The notes under the pieces: generated by a model
What the model was told of the DNA's origin: nothing
What the model saw: the letters and a program-made list of their open reading frames with translations, nothing else
The model's database searches: none
Part shown: positions 1 to 7,825 of the stretch, piece by piece
Numbering within the stretch: the stretch's first letter is position 1
How the letters are laid out: every line of letters begins with the position of its first letter
Made by a program: the position numbers and the translations under genes
Assembly (NCBI GenBank): GCA_017502525.1
Contig: JAFVUV010000010.1
Coordinates: 494 to 64,493, forward strand
Direction: 5' to 3'
Origin: Clostridia bacterium
Lineage (GTDB): Bacteria; Bacillota; Clostridia; Christensenellales; Borkfalkiaceae
Length of the DNA stretch: 64,000 bases

Positions 1-499
1 AAGTATAGAGAAATCAAGGACTTTTGTGCTGTTTTTGCCTGTCTTGTGATATTAGATAAATGGTAGGAAGGTAAAAATGCGAATTTTCTGAAGGAAATAT
101 CGTATCCTCACATTCTCCGTCTTGAAAAAAGCCGTAAAATATGGTAAAACAGAACACCAAATAAAAAACACGAAAGGAGGGATACCTATGACGGCAGAAA
201 AAAAGTGTATGGCAATATGAGGATCATGGCGTTTTAAGGCAAAGACTATGCAAGGATAGAAATTTTCGTAGGAGATTTAGAAGTCGTAAGAAGTTCAGAT
301 ATAACGGATGAAGATATTTTAGAAGATTTACCAGGGCATAAAACTCAAAATTATGCCGATGGACCATTTGTAACTAAATAGTTCAATTAAATTAGCACAC
401 GTGCAACCAGTTGAATAGGAGTCAAGATTTTAGACAGTTTGATTAGACTGGGTTAAAATTGACTCCTATTTTTATTTGTATTTTGCTTGTAAATTTAAG

Positions 500-1830
500 G
501 GTGGGCATTATTAGACAAAAATTTTGCAAACGTATAAAAATTGGGAAACAAACGATAAAAAGGTAAAACAATATGAACCGTGCAGATTAGACTTCACGGT
601 TTATTTTATTATAGTATGCTTCTTCCTTTTGATTGGGAGTTTTGTAATTATTGCTTCTATGTGGGCGATTTTGATTATAAAAATCTATATATTCTGCAAT
701 TCTTTGTTTAAGTAGTTTTACTGAAGAATAAAAGCTTCTATATATTTCTTCTTGTTTAAAAGAAGAAAAGAAAGATTCAACAACGCCATTGTCATAAGGA
801 TTACCAGACTGAGAAAAAGATTGCAAAATGTTGTGTTTTAATAACAACTTTCTAAAAGCAAATGAAGTGTATTGACACCCCCTATCAGAGTGAAACATTT
901 TAGGAGTACAAAAGTTTCTTTTAATTAGAGCCTCGTTAAAGGTGGATGTTATTAATTGAGTGATTGCTCTTTGAGAAATTTTGTAAGATATAATTTTTCT
1001 AGAGTATAAATCCATAATTACACAGATATGATAACTTTGTTGCTTATATGAAATCCTCGTGCAATCACTTGCCCAAACTTGATTTGGCCCTTCAACATTA
1101 AAGTTTCGTTGCAAGTGGTTTTTGGGTGGGTGTAGCTTATTCCATAAAGAATGGTCTCTTTTCGCTGTTGAACGAAAACTTCTAATACCCAATTCTTTCA
1201 TCAGTTCTCGTACTAATGGTTTGCTCGTATGAAAACCTTTTGTTTTTAATACTGCAAGAATTTTATCTGAACCAAACAAACCTCTGCTATCTTCATAGAT
1301 TTTTAATATTTCACTGGATAGTACTTGTCGTCGTTTTACATAAGAAGTGTTTTCTTTTTTATTTCTTAATATATGGTTATAAAAAGTGCCTCTACTAACA
1401 TCTAATGCATCGCATAAAACTCTAACACTAAATTTACCATATAGTTTTTCCAGTTCTTTTAGTTTTATTTGTAGTGGAGAATGAATTGTACAATTTACTA
1501 ATTTTAACACCTGATTAATTTGTTGAAGTTTAAGGTTTTTCTTTTTTTCGTTTTCATAAGCAGATACGTATTTAATTTCGTCTAAATTTTTTATTTGTTT
1601 GTATTTCTTTATCCAGTAGTATATAGTGCTTCGTGGAATATTGTTTTTAATAACTATTTGCGAAACAGGTGTTTCTGCTTTATATTCTTTCAAGCATGTT
1701 TTGATTTTATTGATTTGATGTTGCATTATATTTTCTCCTTTTTAGCAATTATAACAAAAAATTAGACTCAAATAATTTTGCAACAAAAAATATTCATAAA
1801 AACTTGTTGTCATGTAAGCTTGATATTAAA
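500..1830 (-). mobile_element. IS3-family insertion sequence (boundaries approximate; terminal inverted repeats not resolved by eye)
   Basis: Contains a single transposase ORF. It is flanked upstream (1-500) by short stop-interrupted coding fragments and downstream by an AT-rich promoter region. No clean TG...CA inverted repeats could be identified. Confidence 0.45.
587..1726 (-). CDS. IS3-family transposase: N-terminal HTH plus DDE (rve) integrase core in one uninterrupted 379-aa ORF
   Basis: N-terminal HTH (IPRSTIYYWIKKYK). DDE core motifs: WASDCT, HSDRGCQYTS, NPYDNGVVESFFSSFKQE and YNQNRPHRSNNYKTP. Confidence 0.88.
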   Translation of the reverse strand: MQHQINKIKTCLKEYKAETPVSQIVIKNNIPRSTIYYWIKKYKQIKNLDEIKYVSAYENEKKKNLKLQQINQVLKLVNCTIHSPLQIKLKELEKLYGKFSVRVLCDALDVSRGTFYNHILRNKKENTSYVKRRQVLSSEILKIYEDSRGLFGSDKILAVLKTKGFHTSKPLVRELMKELGIRSFRSTAKRDHSLWNKLHPPKNHLQRNFNVEGPNQVWASDCTRISYKQQSYHICVIMDLYSRKIISYKISQRAITQLITSTFNEALIKRNFCTPKMFHSDRGCQYTSFAFRKLLLKHNILQSFSQSGNPYDNGVVESFFSSFKQEEIYRSFYSSVKLLKQRIAEYIDFYNQNRPHRSNNYKTPNQKEEAYYNKINREV

Positions 1831-1876
1831 ACAAGCGCGCGCTATAATAAAAAATATACAAATTGTATAATAATAG

Positions 1877-1904
1877 TTTACTTTTCTAAAAAATTGAGTA
1901 TAAT
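1877..1904 (+). promoter_or_regulatory. Candidate sigma-70 promoter for the ATPase/Toprim operon
   Basis: TTTACT, ~16 nt spacer, then TATAAT (1899-1904). GAGGTG RBS sits 5 nt before the ATG at 1925. Confidence 0.4.
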
Positions 1905-1924
1905 ATATTGCATGAGGTGATGGA

Positions 1925-3268
1925 ATGAAATTTTTTTTATTAAAAATGAAAGTTTATGGAATTAAATGCATAGATAAAGAAGTTGTTTTGAATTTTTATA
2001 ATAAAACGCTGCAAGAGAAATTGGAGATTTCTAAATCACATGTTAAGGCTATTTATGGTACAAATGGTGCAGGAAAAACGGGAATTATTTATGCTGTAGA
2101 TATTTATCGAAAATTAATGCTTCAACAAGATTATATTACATTAGGAAATTCGTTTTCTAATAATCTTTTTTTAAACTTGATCAACCAAAAGACTCATAAA
2201 TTTGAAATTGAAATGACATTTGCGTTGATAGATAAAAAAGATACGTTGAAGACTGTTTTTACACACAAGGTTGTTATCGAAGAAGATAATGGTAAATTTA
2301 GTCTATCAGAAGAAAAATTAATTGAAAATAGTATTAAAAATGTAGATTTAGAAAAAGAAATAATTTTTCATGTTAAAAAGGGCGAAATAGAATTGATTAC
2401 AAATGCTTGCCCAGACAAGGAGACAGTGAAAAATTTAACGATGAATTTATTACAAAAACAAAGTTTTGTAAATATATTATTTCATAATTTCTTTAAAAAC
2501 AAAAATTTTAAGATTGACGACAAATTTAATTTTGCAATTATTGCAACACAAGTATTTTCTGCAAATTTAACGGTGGTTCTACAAGACTCAGATACCAATT
2601 ATATTGATTTTGATGCGATAAGTAGTCAGTATGAATGGCTTGGGCAAATAAAAGATAATATAAAAGATGATGCAACATTTTATCAGCTTCTTACGCAAAA
2701 ACGAATTACAATGAACAATACGGAAAAAGTTTATAAAAATGAGTTTGAAGAGTATAAAAAAGATATAGAGGCTCTTTGTTCTTTTATAAAAGTTTTCAAA
2801 AATGATTTAGTAAATATAGAAATAAAAACAGAAGATAATGGAGATGTCTATGAATGTGATAATATAATGGTTTATGAGGATGGAAAAAGGATAAATAAGA
2901 AATATGAAAGTACAGGCATAAAAAAAATAATACAGCTTTATTCTGCTTTATGCGATATAGAACATGATAAAATTGTTTTTATAGATGAATTTGACGCTAA
3001 TATTCATGATGTACTTTTGGTTAAACTTATTCAATATATAGTTGAGTATGCTTCAGGGCAATTTGTTTTTACAACACATAATCTTGCTCCTATGGATGTT
3101 TTGCAAAAATACAAACATTCAATTGATTTTCTTTCAGTGGATTCTAAACTTGTTCCATGGGTCAAAAATGGTAATCGTAAGGCAGCATTTCAATATAGTA
3201 AAGGACTGATAGAATATTCTCCTTTTAACCTTGAACCATTTAATTTCCTTGGAGTTTTTGGAGAGTAA
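1925..3268 (+). CDS. ABC/AAA_21-like ATPase of the OLD/AbiL/PARIS class (ATPase component without nuclease domain)
   Basis: Walker A GTNGAGKTG. Signature-like STGIKK. Walker B IVFIDEFDANIHD. H-loop FTTHN. Long helical insertion between Walker A and B, typical of AAA_15/AAA_21 defence ATPases. Confidence 0.75.
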   Translation: MKFFLLKMKVYGIKCIDKEVVLNFYNKTLQEKLEISKSHVKAIYGTNGAGKTGIIYAVDIYRKLMLQQDYITLGNSFSNNLFLNLINQKTHKFEIEMTFALIDKKDTLKTVFTHKVVIEEDNGKFSLSEEKLIENSIKNVDLEKEIIFHVKKGEIELITNACPDKETVKNLTMNLLQKQSFVNILFHNFFKNKNFKIDDKFNFAIIATQVFSANLTVVLQDSDTNYIDFDAISSQYEWLGQIKDNIKDDATFYQLLTQKRITMNNTEKVYKNEFEEYKKDIEALCSFIKVFKNDLVNIEIKTEDNGDVYECDNIMVYEDGKRINKKYESTGIKKIIQLYSALCDIEHDKIVFIDEFDANIHDVLLVKLIQYIVEYASGQFVFTTHNLAPMDVLQKYKHSIDFLSVDSKLVPWVKNGNRKAAFQYSKGLIEYSPFNLEPFNFLGVFGE

Positions 3269-3269
3269 T

Positions 3270-3782
3270 ATGTTAGCTTTAATTTTTTGTGTTGAATGTA
3301 ATAAAAAATCAGAATCTGACAAAATGTATATATCAAATGTTATAAAAAATTTTTATAAACTAGATACATCAATCAAAACAAGATATTTGAATTTTGCTGG
3401 TAAAGGAAAATATAAGAGTGAAAAAATAAAGAAAGAAATTGAAAAAATTAAAGCAGAACCACATTACAAGCAAATTAAAGTTGTTTACTGCGTTGATGCT
3501 GACAAGATTCAAGCAGATCCAGATACAAATAAACTAAATGAAGAAATAAAAAAATATTGCAAAAAAAATAATTATGAATTTGTATGGTTTTGTAGAAACA
3601 TAGAAGATGTTTTTTTACATAAAACTATAAATAATTCTAAAGAAAAGATAAAAGCGGCAAAGAAAGTTGGTAGAGTTGGGGGGATAGGCCTTGCAACAGA
3701 AAAAACATTGACAGCCACTAAGCTTTCGGAGAACAAAAGCAATTTGATGTCTGTTGTAGATAAAGTTTTGCAAAGAAAATAA
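3270..3782 (+). CDS. RloB/DUF4276-like Toprim protein, partner of the upstream ATPase
   Basis: ATG lies 1 nt after the ATPase stop. N-terminal LIFCVECNKKSE (Toprim Glu), central VVYCVDADK (DxD) and C-terminal FCRNIEDVFLH resemble the RloB pattern. The ORF-track start at 3231 overlaps the upstream gene and is less likely. Confidence 0.6.
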   Translation: MLALIFCVECNKKSESDKMYISNVIKNFYKLDTSIKTRYLNFAGKGKYKSEKIKKEIEKIKAEPHYKQIKVVYCVDADKIQADPDTNKLNEEIKKYCKKNNYEFVWFCRNIEDVFLHKTINNSKEKIKAAKKVGRVGGIGLATEKTLTATKLSENKSNLMSVVDKVLQRK

Positions 3783-3804
3783 AAAATATTCTATGTAACT
3801 AGTC

Positions 3805-3850
3805 ATAACCTAATCCGAACCTCAAACTCGGGTTAGGTTATTTTCTTTTC
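3805..3850 (+). terminator. Intrinsic terminator of the ATPase/Toprim operon
   Basis: 14-bp stem ATAACCTAATCCGA / TCGGGTTAGGTTAT (one G-U) followed by a TTTCTTTTC tract. Confidence 0.7.
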
Positions 3851-3985
3851 AAAGTCCTTGTTTAAGTGCTTTTTTATTTTAAATTTTGATGTTTTGATAG
3901 TAATTTGTGTGTCATAAAACCTTGATTATGAGATTATTACGTGGTATAAGCAAAGTAAAAACATATTCAAGGAGAAAAAATTATT

Positions 3986-4588
3986 GTGAAAAAGTTTTAT
4001 ATTGGTGAAAACAAATATTTAGAGCAAAAAGTTTTGGCTTTTTATAACTGCGATTACGTAGGGTATCAAAAACAAGGTAATCCTGACTTTATCAACCACC
4101 TTAAAAACATGACTAATCAGTATAACGAGTTGGATTTAGTTGAAGATTTTGTTCAAGTTTCTGAAAGATTTGTTAAAGATATGGAAAGCCTTTTTGATAA
4201 AGGCGATTATAAAAATTTTACAGTTTGCGTTATGCCCCGTTCTAAAAGAGAAAATAAGTATAAACAAAGTCAATTAATGTTCAAAAAGGCAATTTCAAGT
4301 TGTGCTAATAAATTAGGTTTTATTAACGGCACGGATGCTATTACAAGAGTTAAAGACACTAAAACAACGCATAATTGGAGACTTGAAAACAATACGGGCG
4401 ACAATCCATATAAAGGCATAACGAAAGACACTTGCAGAGTTGATACAAACAAGATTATTGACAAAAATATTATTTTAGTTGATGATATTTATACAGAAGG
4501 GGTAAATGTTATTGAAGATTGTATAGGGTATTTATTTGATTTAGGCGCAAAAAGTGTTATACTATACGTAACGGCAAAAACAAGGTAA
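3986..4588 (+). CDS. Type I phosphoribosyltransferase (ComF-like PRTase without N-terminal Cys zinc finger)
   Basis: PRPP-binding loop NIILVDDIYTEGVNV near the C-terminus. GTG start with AAGGAG RBS. Confidence 0.75.
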   Translation: MKKFYIGENKYLEQKVLAFYNCDYVGYQKQGNPDFINHLKNMTNQYNELDLVEDFVQVSERFVKDMESLFDKGDYKNFTVCVMPRSKRENKYKQSQLMFKKAISSCANKLGFINGTDAITRVKDTKTTHNWRLENNTGDNPYKGITKDTCRVDTNKIIDKNIILVDDIYTEGVNVIEDCIGYLFDLGAKSVILYVTAKTR

Positions 4589-4593
4589 AAGTT

Positions 4594-5421
4594 ATGAATT
4601 CAAATATATCGTTAAAACTTTATAACTTAATAAAAACGGGCGTTATAAAATCTAACGCTCATTTTTGGAAGGCTTTTTATAACGAAGAAGTTATAAACAC
4701 TTTCTCTTGTGACATAGAAACCTTAAAACAAGAACTTGAAGAAAAAGGAATAAATATTATCAGCGTTTTTGATGATAATTTTCCTATCGCAGACGGTAAA
4801 GTAAAAAATAGTGAAAAGCCGTTTTTCTTTGCATATAAAGGCGATATAAGTTTACTTATAGATATTGATAAAAACATTGCAGTAATAGGTGTTTTAACGC
4901 CGACAAAAGAGATAACAGAAAGAGGACAAAAGGTTGTTAAAAGTCTGGTTGAAAAAGGTTTTAATATCGTAAGTGGGCTTGCAAATGGTTGCGACACGAT
5001 TGCCCATTTTGAAAGTATTAAAAATAATGCAAAAACAATAGCTTTTCTTCCGTCAACGATAGAATACATTTATCCAAAACAAAATATTGATTTAGCAAAC
5101 GAGATAGTTGAAAAAGAGGGACTCATAGTTAGCGAATATGTAAACGAGCCTAAAAATAAACATGAAAGAATTAAAAGATTTATAGAAAGGGATAGATTGC
5201 AAGCACTTTATTCAAAAGCAGTTATTTTGGTTGCTAGTTTTAGAAAAGGCGAAGGGGATAGTGGCTCGCGCCATGCTTTTGAAAAGGCAAAAGAATATAG
5301 CAAAAAACGACTCGTTATGTTTAGAGAAAGCGATTCTAGCGATTTAATTTTCGGGTTAAACAAAGATTACGTTATTCAGGGCGAAAAGGTTGTGTCGCAA
5401 AAAGAAATTGAGGAATTATAA
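4594..5421 (+). CDS. DprA/Smf-like Rossmann-fold protein (SLOG superfamily)
   Basis: IAVIGVLTPT...VSGLANGCDTIAH...IAFLPSTIEYIYPKQN...LIVSEY...FIERDRL...ILVAS follows the DprA core pattern (SGxAxGIDxxAH, YPxxN, FxxRNR). Starts 5 nt after the PRTase stop. Confidence 0.75.
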   Translation: MNSNISLKLYNLIKTGVIKSNAHFWKAFYNEEVINTFSCDIETLKQELEEKGINIISVFDDNFPIADGKVKNSEKPFFFAYKGDISLLIDIDKNIAVIGVLTPTKEITERGQKVVKSLVEKGFNIVSGLANGCDTIAHFESIKNNAKTIAFLPSTIEYIYPKQNIDLANEIVEKEGLIVSEYVNEPKNKHERIKRFIERDRLQALYSKAVILVASFRKGEGDSGSRHAFEKAKEYSKKRLVMFRESDSSDLIFGLNKDYVIQGEKVVSQKEIEEL

Positions 5422-5943
5422 TTGGTTTACGTTGTAGATTTAGATGATACTTTGGTTTCAACGAAAAACCTAAATAACGATGCTTATAATTTTGCTTTAG
5501 AGAATAACGGACATAAAAGACTTAAAACAAGCAAAAGGTTGACACGTGAGAACTTAGGCGAAACACTTAGCAAAAAATTGATAGCCGATAAGCAAAACTA
5601 TTTTACTCAAAAGTGGCTTAAATATAGAGTTGTGGTTAACGAATATTTATTAAATATTTTGCGAAAACAAGACGTTCAAAATTGTTATCTTTGGACAAGC
5701 GCAGATAAAAATCGAGCCAAGTATTTATTAAAAGAATTGGATTTAGCTAAATACTTTAACAAGATAATTTTTGACGACAAAAAAGACTTAAATAGTTCAT
5801 TAAAAAGATTAAAAGACATTACCAAAAGTAATGTCTTTATAATTTTTGAAGATAGTTATGCTTTGTATAAGAATAAAGGCGTAAGTTATATAGCGAAACA
5901 TAATAGTGAAATCTTCACAATAAATACATATTTTTATCAGTAA
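5422..5943 (+). CDS. HAD-superfamily hydrolase (phosphatase-like)
   Basis: Motif I VVDLDDTLV (DxDxT), motif II LWTSA, motif IV-like IIFDDKKD. TTG start directly abuts the DprA-like stop codon. Confidence 0.65.
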   Translation: MVYVVDLDDTLVSTKNLNNDAYNFALENNGHKRLKTSKRLTRENLGETLSKKLIADKQNYFTQKWLKYRVVVNEYLLNILRKQDVQNCYLWTSADKNRAKYLLKELDLAKYFNKIIFDDKKDLNSSLKRLKDITKSNVFIIFEDSYALYKNKGVSYIAKHNSEIFTINTYFYQ

Positions 5944-5995
5944 AAACCTAACGAAAAAGACAAAATGGTTCTTTTAGTTAGGCAAACTTGCAACC

Positions 5996-6034
5996 AAAAA
6001 GAAAAGGACACTAAAGGGTGTCCTTTTTCTTTTT
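5996..6034 (+). terminator. Intrinsic, bidirectional-looking terminator after the PRTase-DprA-HAD operon
   Basis: AAAAAGAAAAGGACAC - loop - GTGTCCTTTTTCTTTTT: a long A/T-flanked stem with one bulge. Confidence 0.7.
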
Positions 6035-6046
6035 GACGTGCTGAAA

Positions 6047-6209
6047 GGAGAGAGGGGATTTGAATTAGGAGAAAACTTGCTTGGCAAGTTTGCCCAAAGG
6101 GCTAAATGGTGGGCACCCACCATTTAGCGGGAGGCTCGAGAGAAGAAAATCCCCTCCCCGCAACCACTAGATACACTGTTGAACCACCTATGGTTCAACA
6201 GTGTTTTTT
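6047..6209 (+). ncRNA. Candidate structured small RNA (multi-hairpin element closed by a long-range stem, ending in a strong intrinsic terminator); class unknown
   Basis: - Long-range pairing: GAGGGGATTT (6052-6061) with AAATCCCCTC (6147-6156).
- Internal hairpins: AAACTTGC/GCAAGTTT, GCCC/GGGC and TAAATGGTGG-GCAC-CCACCATTTA.
- Competing helix: GCGGGAGG (6127-6134) with CCTCCCCGC (6152-6160).
- Terminator: ACACTGTTGAACCA-CCTA-TGGTTCAACAGTGT + T6 (6173-6209).
- No ORF in this stretch. Confidence 0.45.
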
Positions 6210-6274
6210 ATTAGCAAAAATCTAATCATTTTAAAAAGCGAAAACCTTGAAAGTTTTTGCTTTTTTTATTTTTG

Positions 6275-6303
6275 TTGAAAACTTATGAAAAAAGTGATAT
6301 AAT
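6275..6303 (+). promoter_or_regulatory. Near-consensus sigma-70 promoter with extended -10 for the 6364 gene
   Basis: TTGAAA (6275-6280), 17-nt spacer, then TGaTATAAT (6295-6303). Confidence 0.6.
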
Positions 6304-6363
6304 ATGACACACATATGGCATTTTTATGGGCTATAATAAAGAAAAAATATAAGGGATTACGTT

Positions 6364-7620
6364 ATGCAAAAGCCTCATATTCATTTAATTGATAGGCAAC
6401 AAGAAATAAAAATAACTATATTGGAAAGAAATGAAGGACAACCATATGGAACAGATGATAATGATTTTTTGCCTGTTAAAATTGAATATACAAGCAAAAA
6501 GGTAAGCTTTATAAAGGAGCTCATATATTTTGACACTTATGAAATGCTTTGCTTTTATTGTTCTTTAGATAACATTTCTATAGGTAATATTAAGAAACAA
6601 GGTTTTTCTTTTTTTGTAGAGCCCGATATAGATTTTTTGTTGGAGAATATAGATGGTAAAATATTATTTACTATATTTTACAAAGAAAACGAAGAAAATA
6701 AAGATAGAATTGAATTAAAACAGGTGTTTACCAAACAACAATTTAATGAATTGATTAAAAAAGTTCATCAAGGTTGTAGTTTGTGGTTTGATGATAGTGA
6801 CATTATTGAGTTTAGGGAATATTTAGATAGTATCGAAGATGGTTACTACGATGAAGTTTTGCCAAGGCATAGAGTAGCAGAAGTAGAGTTTAAAAATAGT
6901 GGTAAATTATATTGTTATTTATGTAAAGATGAAAGTATAAAAAAAGGTGATTTAGTTGTTGTTCCAACTTTTTTTGATAAAGAAACTATTGCTGAAATCA
7001 TAGGCATAGAGTATTTTGAGGAAGATGATTTGCCTTGTTCATTAGATAAAATGAAAAAGGTAATCAAAAAATATGTTAAGCCACTAAGCGACAAGATAGG
7101 TGTTCATAGTTATGATATAACCGAAGGTGGCTTTGGATTTGGATTATTGGTAAACTTTGTGTTTCAAAAAGATGGGAATTCAGAATTTTCAATCAAAGAT
7201 AAAAACGCTTACTATAATGTTTATTTGAAAGAATACAGAGACATATATTTAGATTCTTATAGAGAGATGCTTATGCTAAAACCCAACGAAATGAAAATCA
7301 CGAAAGGACTATGGTTAACGGCAGAAAAAGTTTTGCATATAGGTTTTGTTGATAAAAAGAAAAACTTTAGCATGTTTTTTAATAACATTTTAGATAAAGC
7401 AAAAAAACTAAATATACGTTGGGTGGGAATCCCTTGTATTTTAGAAAAATATAATGGAATTAGAGAAACGACATTTTTTAAAACTGCATTAAAAGCAACA
7501 AAAAAGTGGATTTTAGAAAATAATAAATATGAGATAGAAATTCTTTTTTGTTGCCCAAATAAAAGATTATATAAAAAATTTAAGAAAATTTACGATAAAA
7601 AAATAAAAGCGAATAACTAA
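6364..7620 (+). CDS. Hypothetical 418-aa cytoplasmic protein; C-terminal ~120 aa weakly macro-domain-like
   Basis: No signal peptide or TM helix. The C-terminal stretch GLWLTAEKVLHIGFV...NIRWVGIPCILEKYNGIRETTFFKTALKATKKWILEN...EIEILFCC resembles the macro-domain pattern by eye only. Confidence 0.3.
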   Translation: MQKPHIHLIDRQQEIKITILERNEGQPYGTDDNDFLPVKIEYTSKKVSFIKELIYFDTYEMLCFYCSLDNISIGNIKKQGFSFFVEPDIDFLLENIDGKILFTIFYKENEENKDRIELKQVFTKQQFNELIKKVHQGCSLWFDDSDIIEFREYLDSIEDGYYDEVLPRHRVAEVEFKNSGKLYCYLCKDESIKKGDLVVVPTFFDKETIAEIIGIEYFEEDDLPCSLDKMKKVIKKYVKPLSDKIGVHSYDITEGGFGFGLLVNFVFQKDGNSEFSIKDKNAYYNVYLKEYRDIYLDSYREMLMLKPNEMKITKGLWLTAEKVLHIGFVDKKKNFSMFFNNILDKAKKLNIRWVGIPCILEKYNGIRETTFFKTALKATKKWILENNKYEIEILFCCPNKRLYKKFKKIYDKKIKANN

Positions 7621-7648
7621 TTGGCTATTTAATTAGTAGAATAAAAAG

Positions 7649-7674
7649 AGCGTTAGAGAATTTCTAACGCTTTT
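7649..7674 (+). terminator. Intrinsic terminator after the 6364 gene
   Basis: AGCGTTAGA-GAATT-TCTAACGCT followed by TTT. Confidence 0.6.
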
Positions 7675-7825
7675 ACTATTACGGCTCTGCTGGTTTATGA
7701 GTCTGTCAATGAAAAAAATAAGCATTGATTGTGAGATAAATAAAAGTTTATTCAATAACAAACTGTTGTTAAATATAAAAGACTATCGATTTGTTTCGGT
7801 AGTCTTTTTAAGTTAATCGTAATTA

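Noticed and set aside
506-1800. TTAGAC...ATTTTGCAA motif on both sides of the transposase (about 511-533 and 1772-1797), considered as IS ends.
   Set aside because: The two copies are in direct, not inverted, orientation, are imperfect and are AT-rich. ATTAGAC also recurs at ~453 and ~583. They cannot be taken as terminal inverted repeats without an ISfinder comparison.
4677-5069. Antisense or alternative-frame ORFs inside long genes. Examples: 4677-5069(-), 10937-11221(-), 15473-15850(-), 26168-26494(-), 28287-28646(-), 42719-43108(-), 50455-50760(-), 56425-56721(-), 58845-59231(-), 60001-60264(+), 62788-63096(+).
   Set aside because: Each lies fully within a well-supported gene on the other strand or frame, has low-complexity or odd composition and has no RBS. 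These are typical shadow ORFs.
6047-6209. Assignment of the structured element to a known riboswitch (e.g. PRPP/ykkC-type, given the PRTase next door), a retron ncRNA or a type III antitoxin.
   Set aside because: - I recognise no conserved riboswitch core motifs.
- It lies downstream, not upstream, of the operon.
- It is separated from the next gene by its own terminator and a promoter.
- There is no reverse transcriptase and there are no tandem repeats nearby.
Left as an unclassified RNA candidate.
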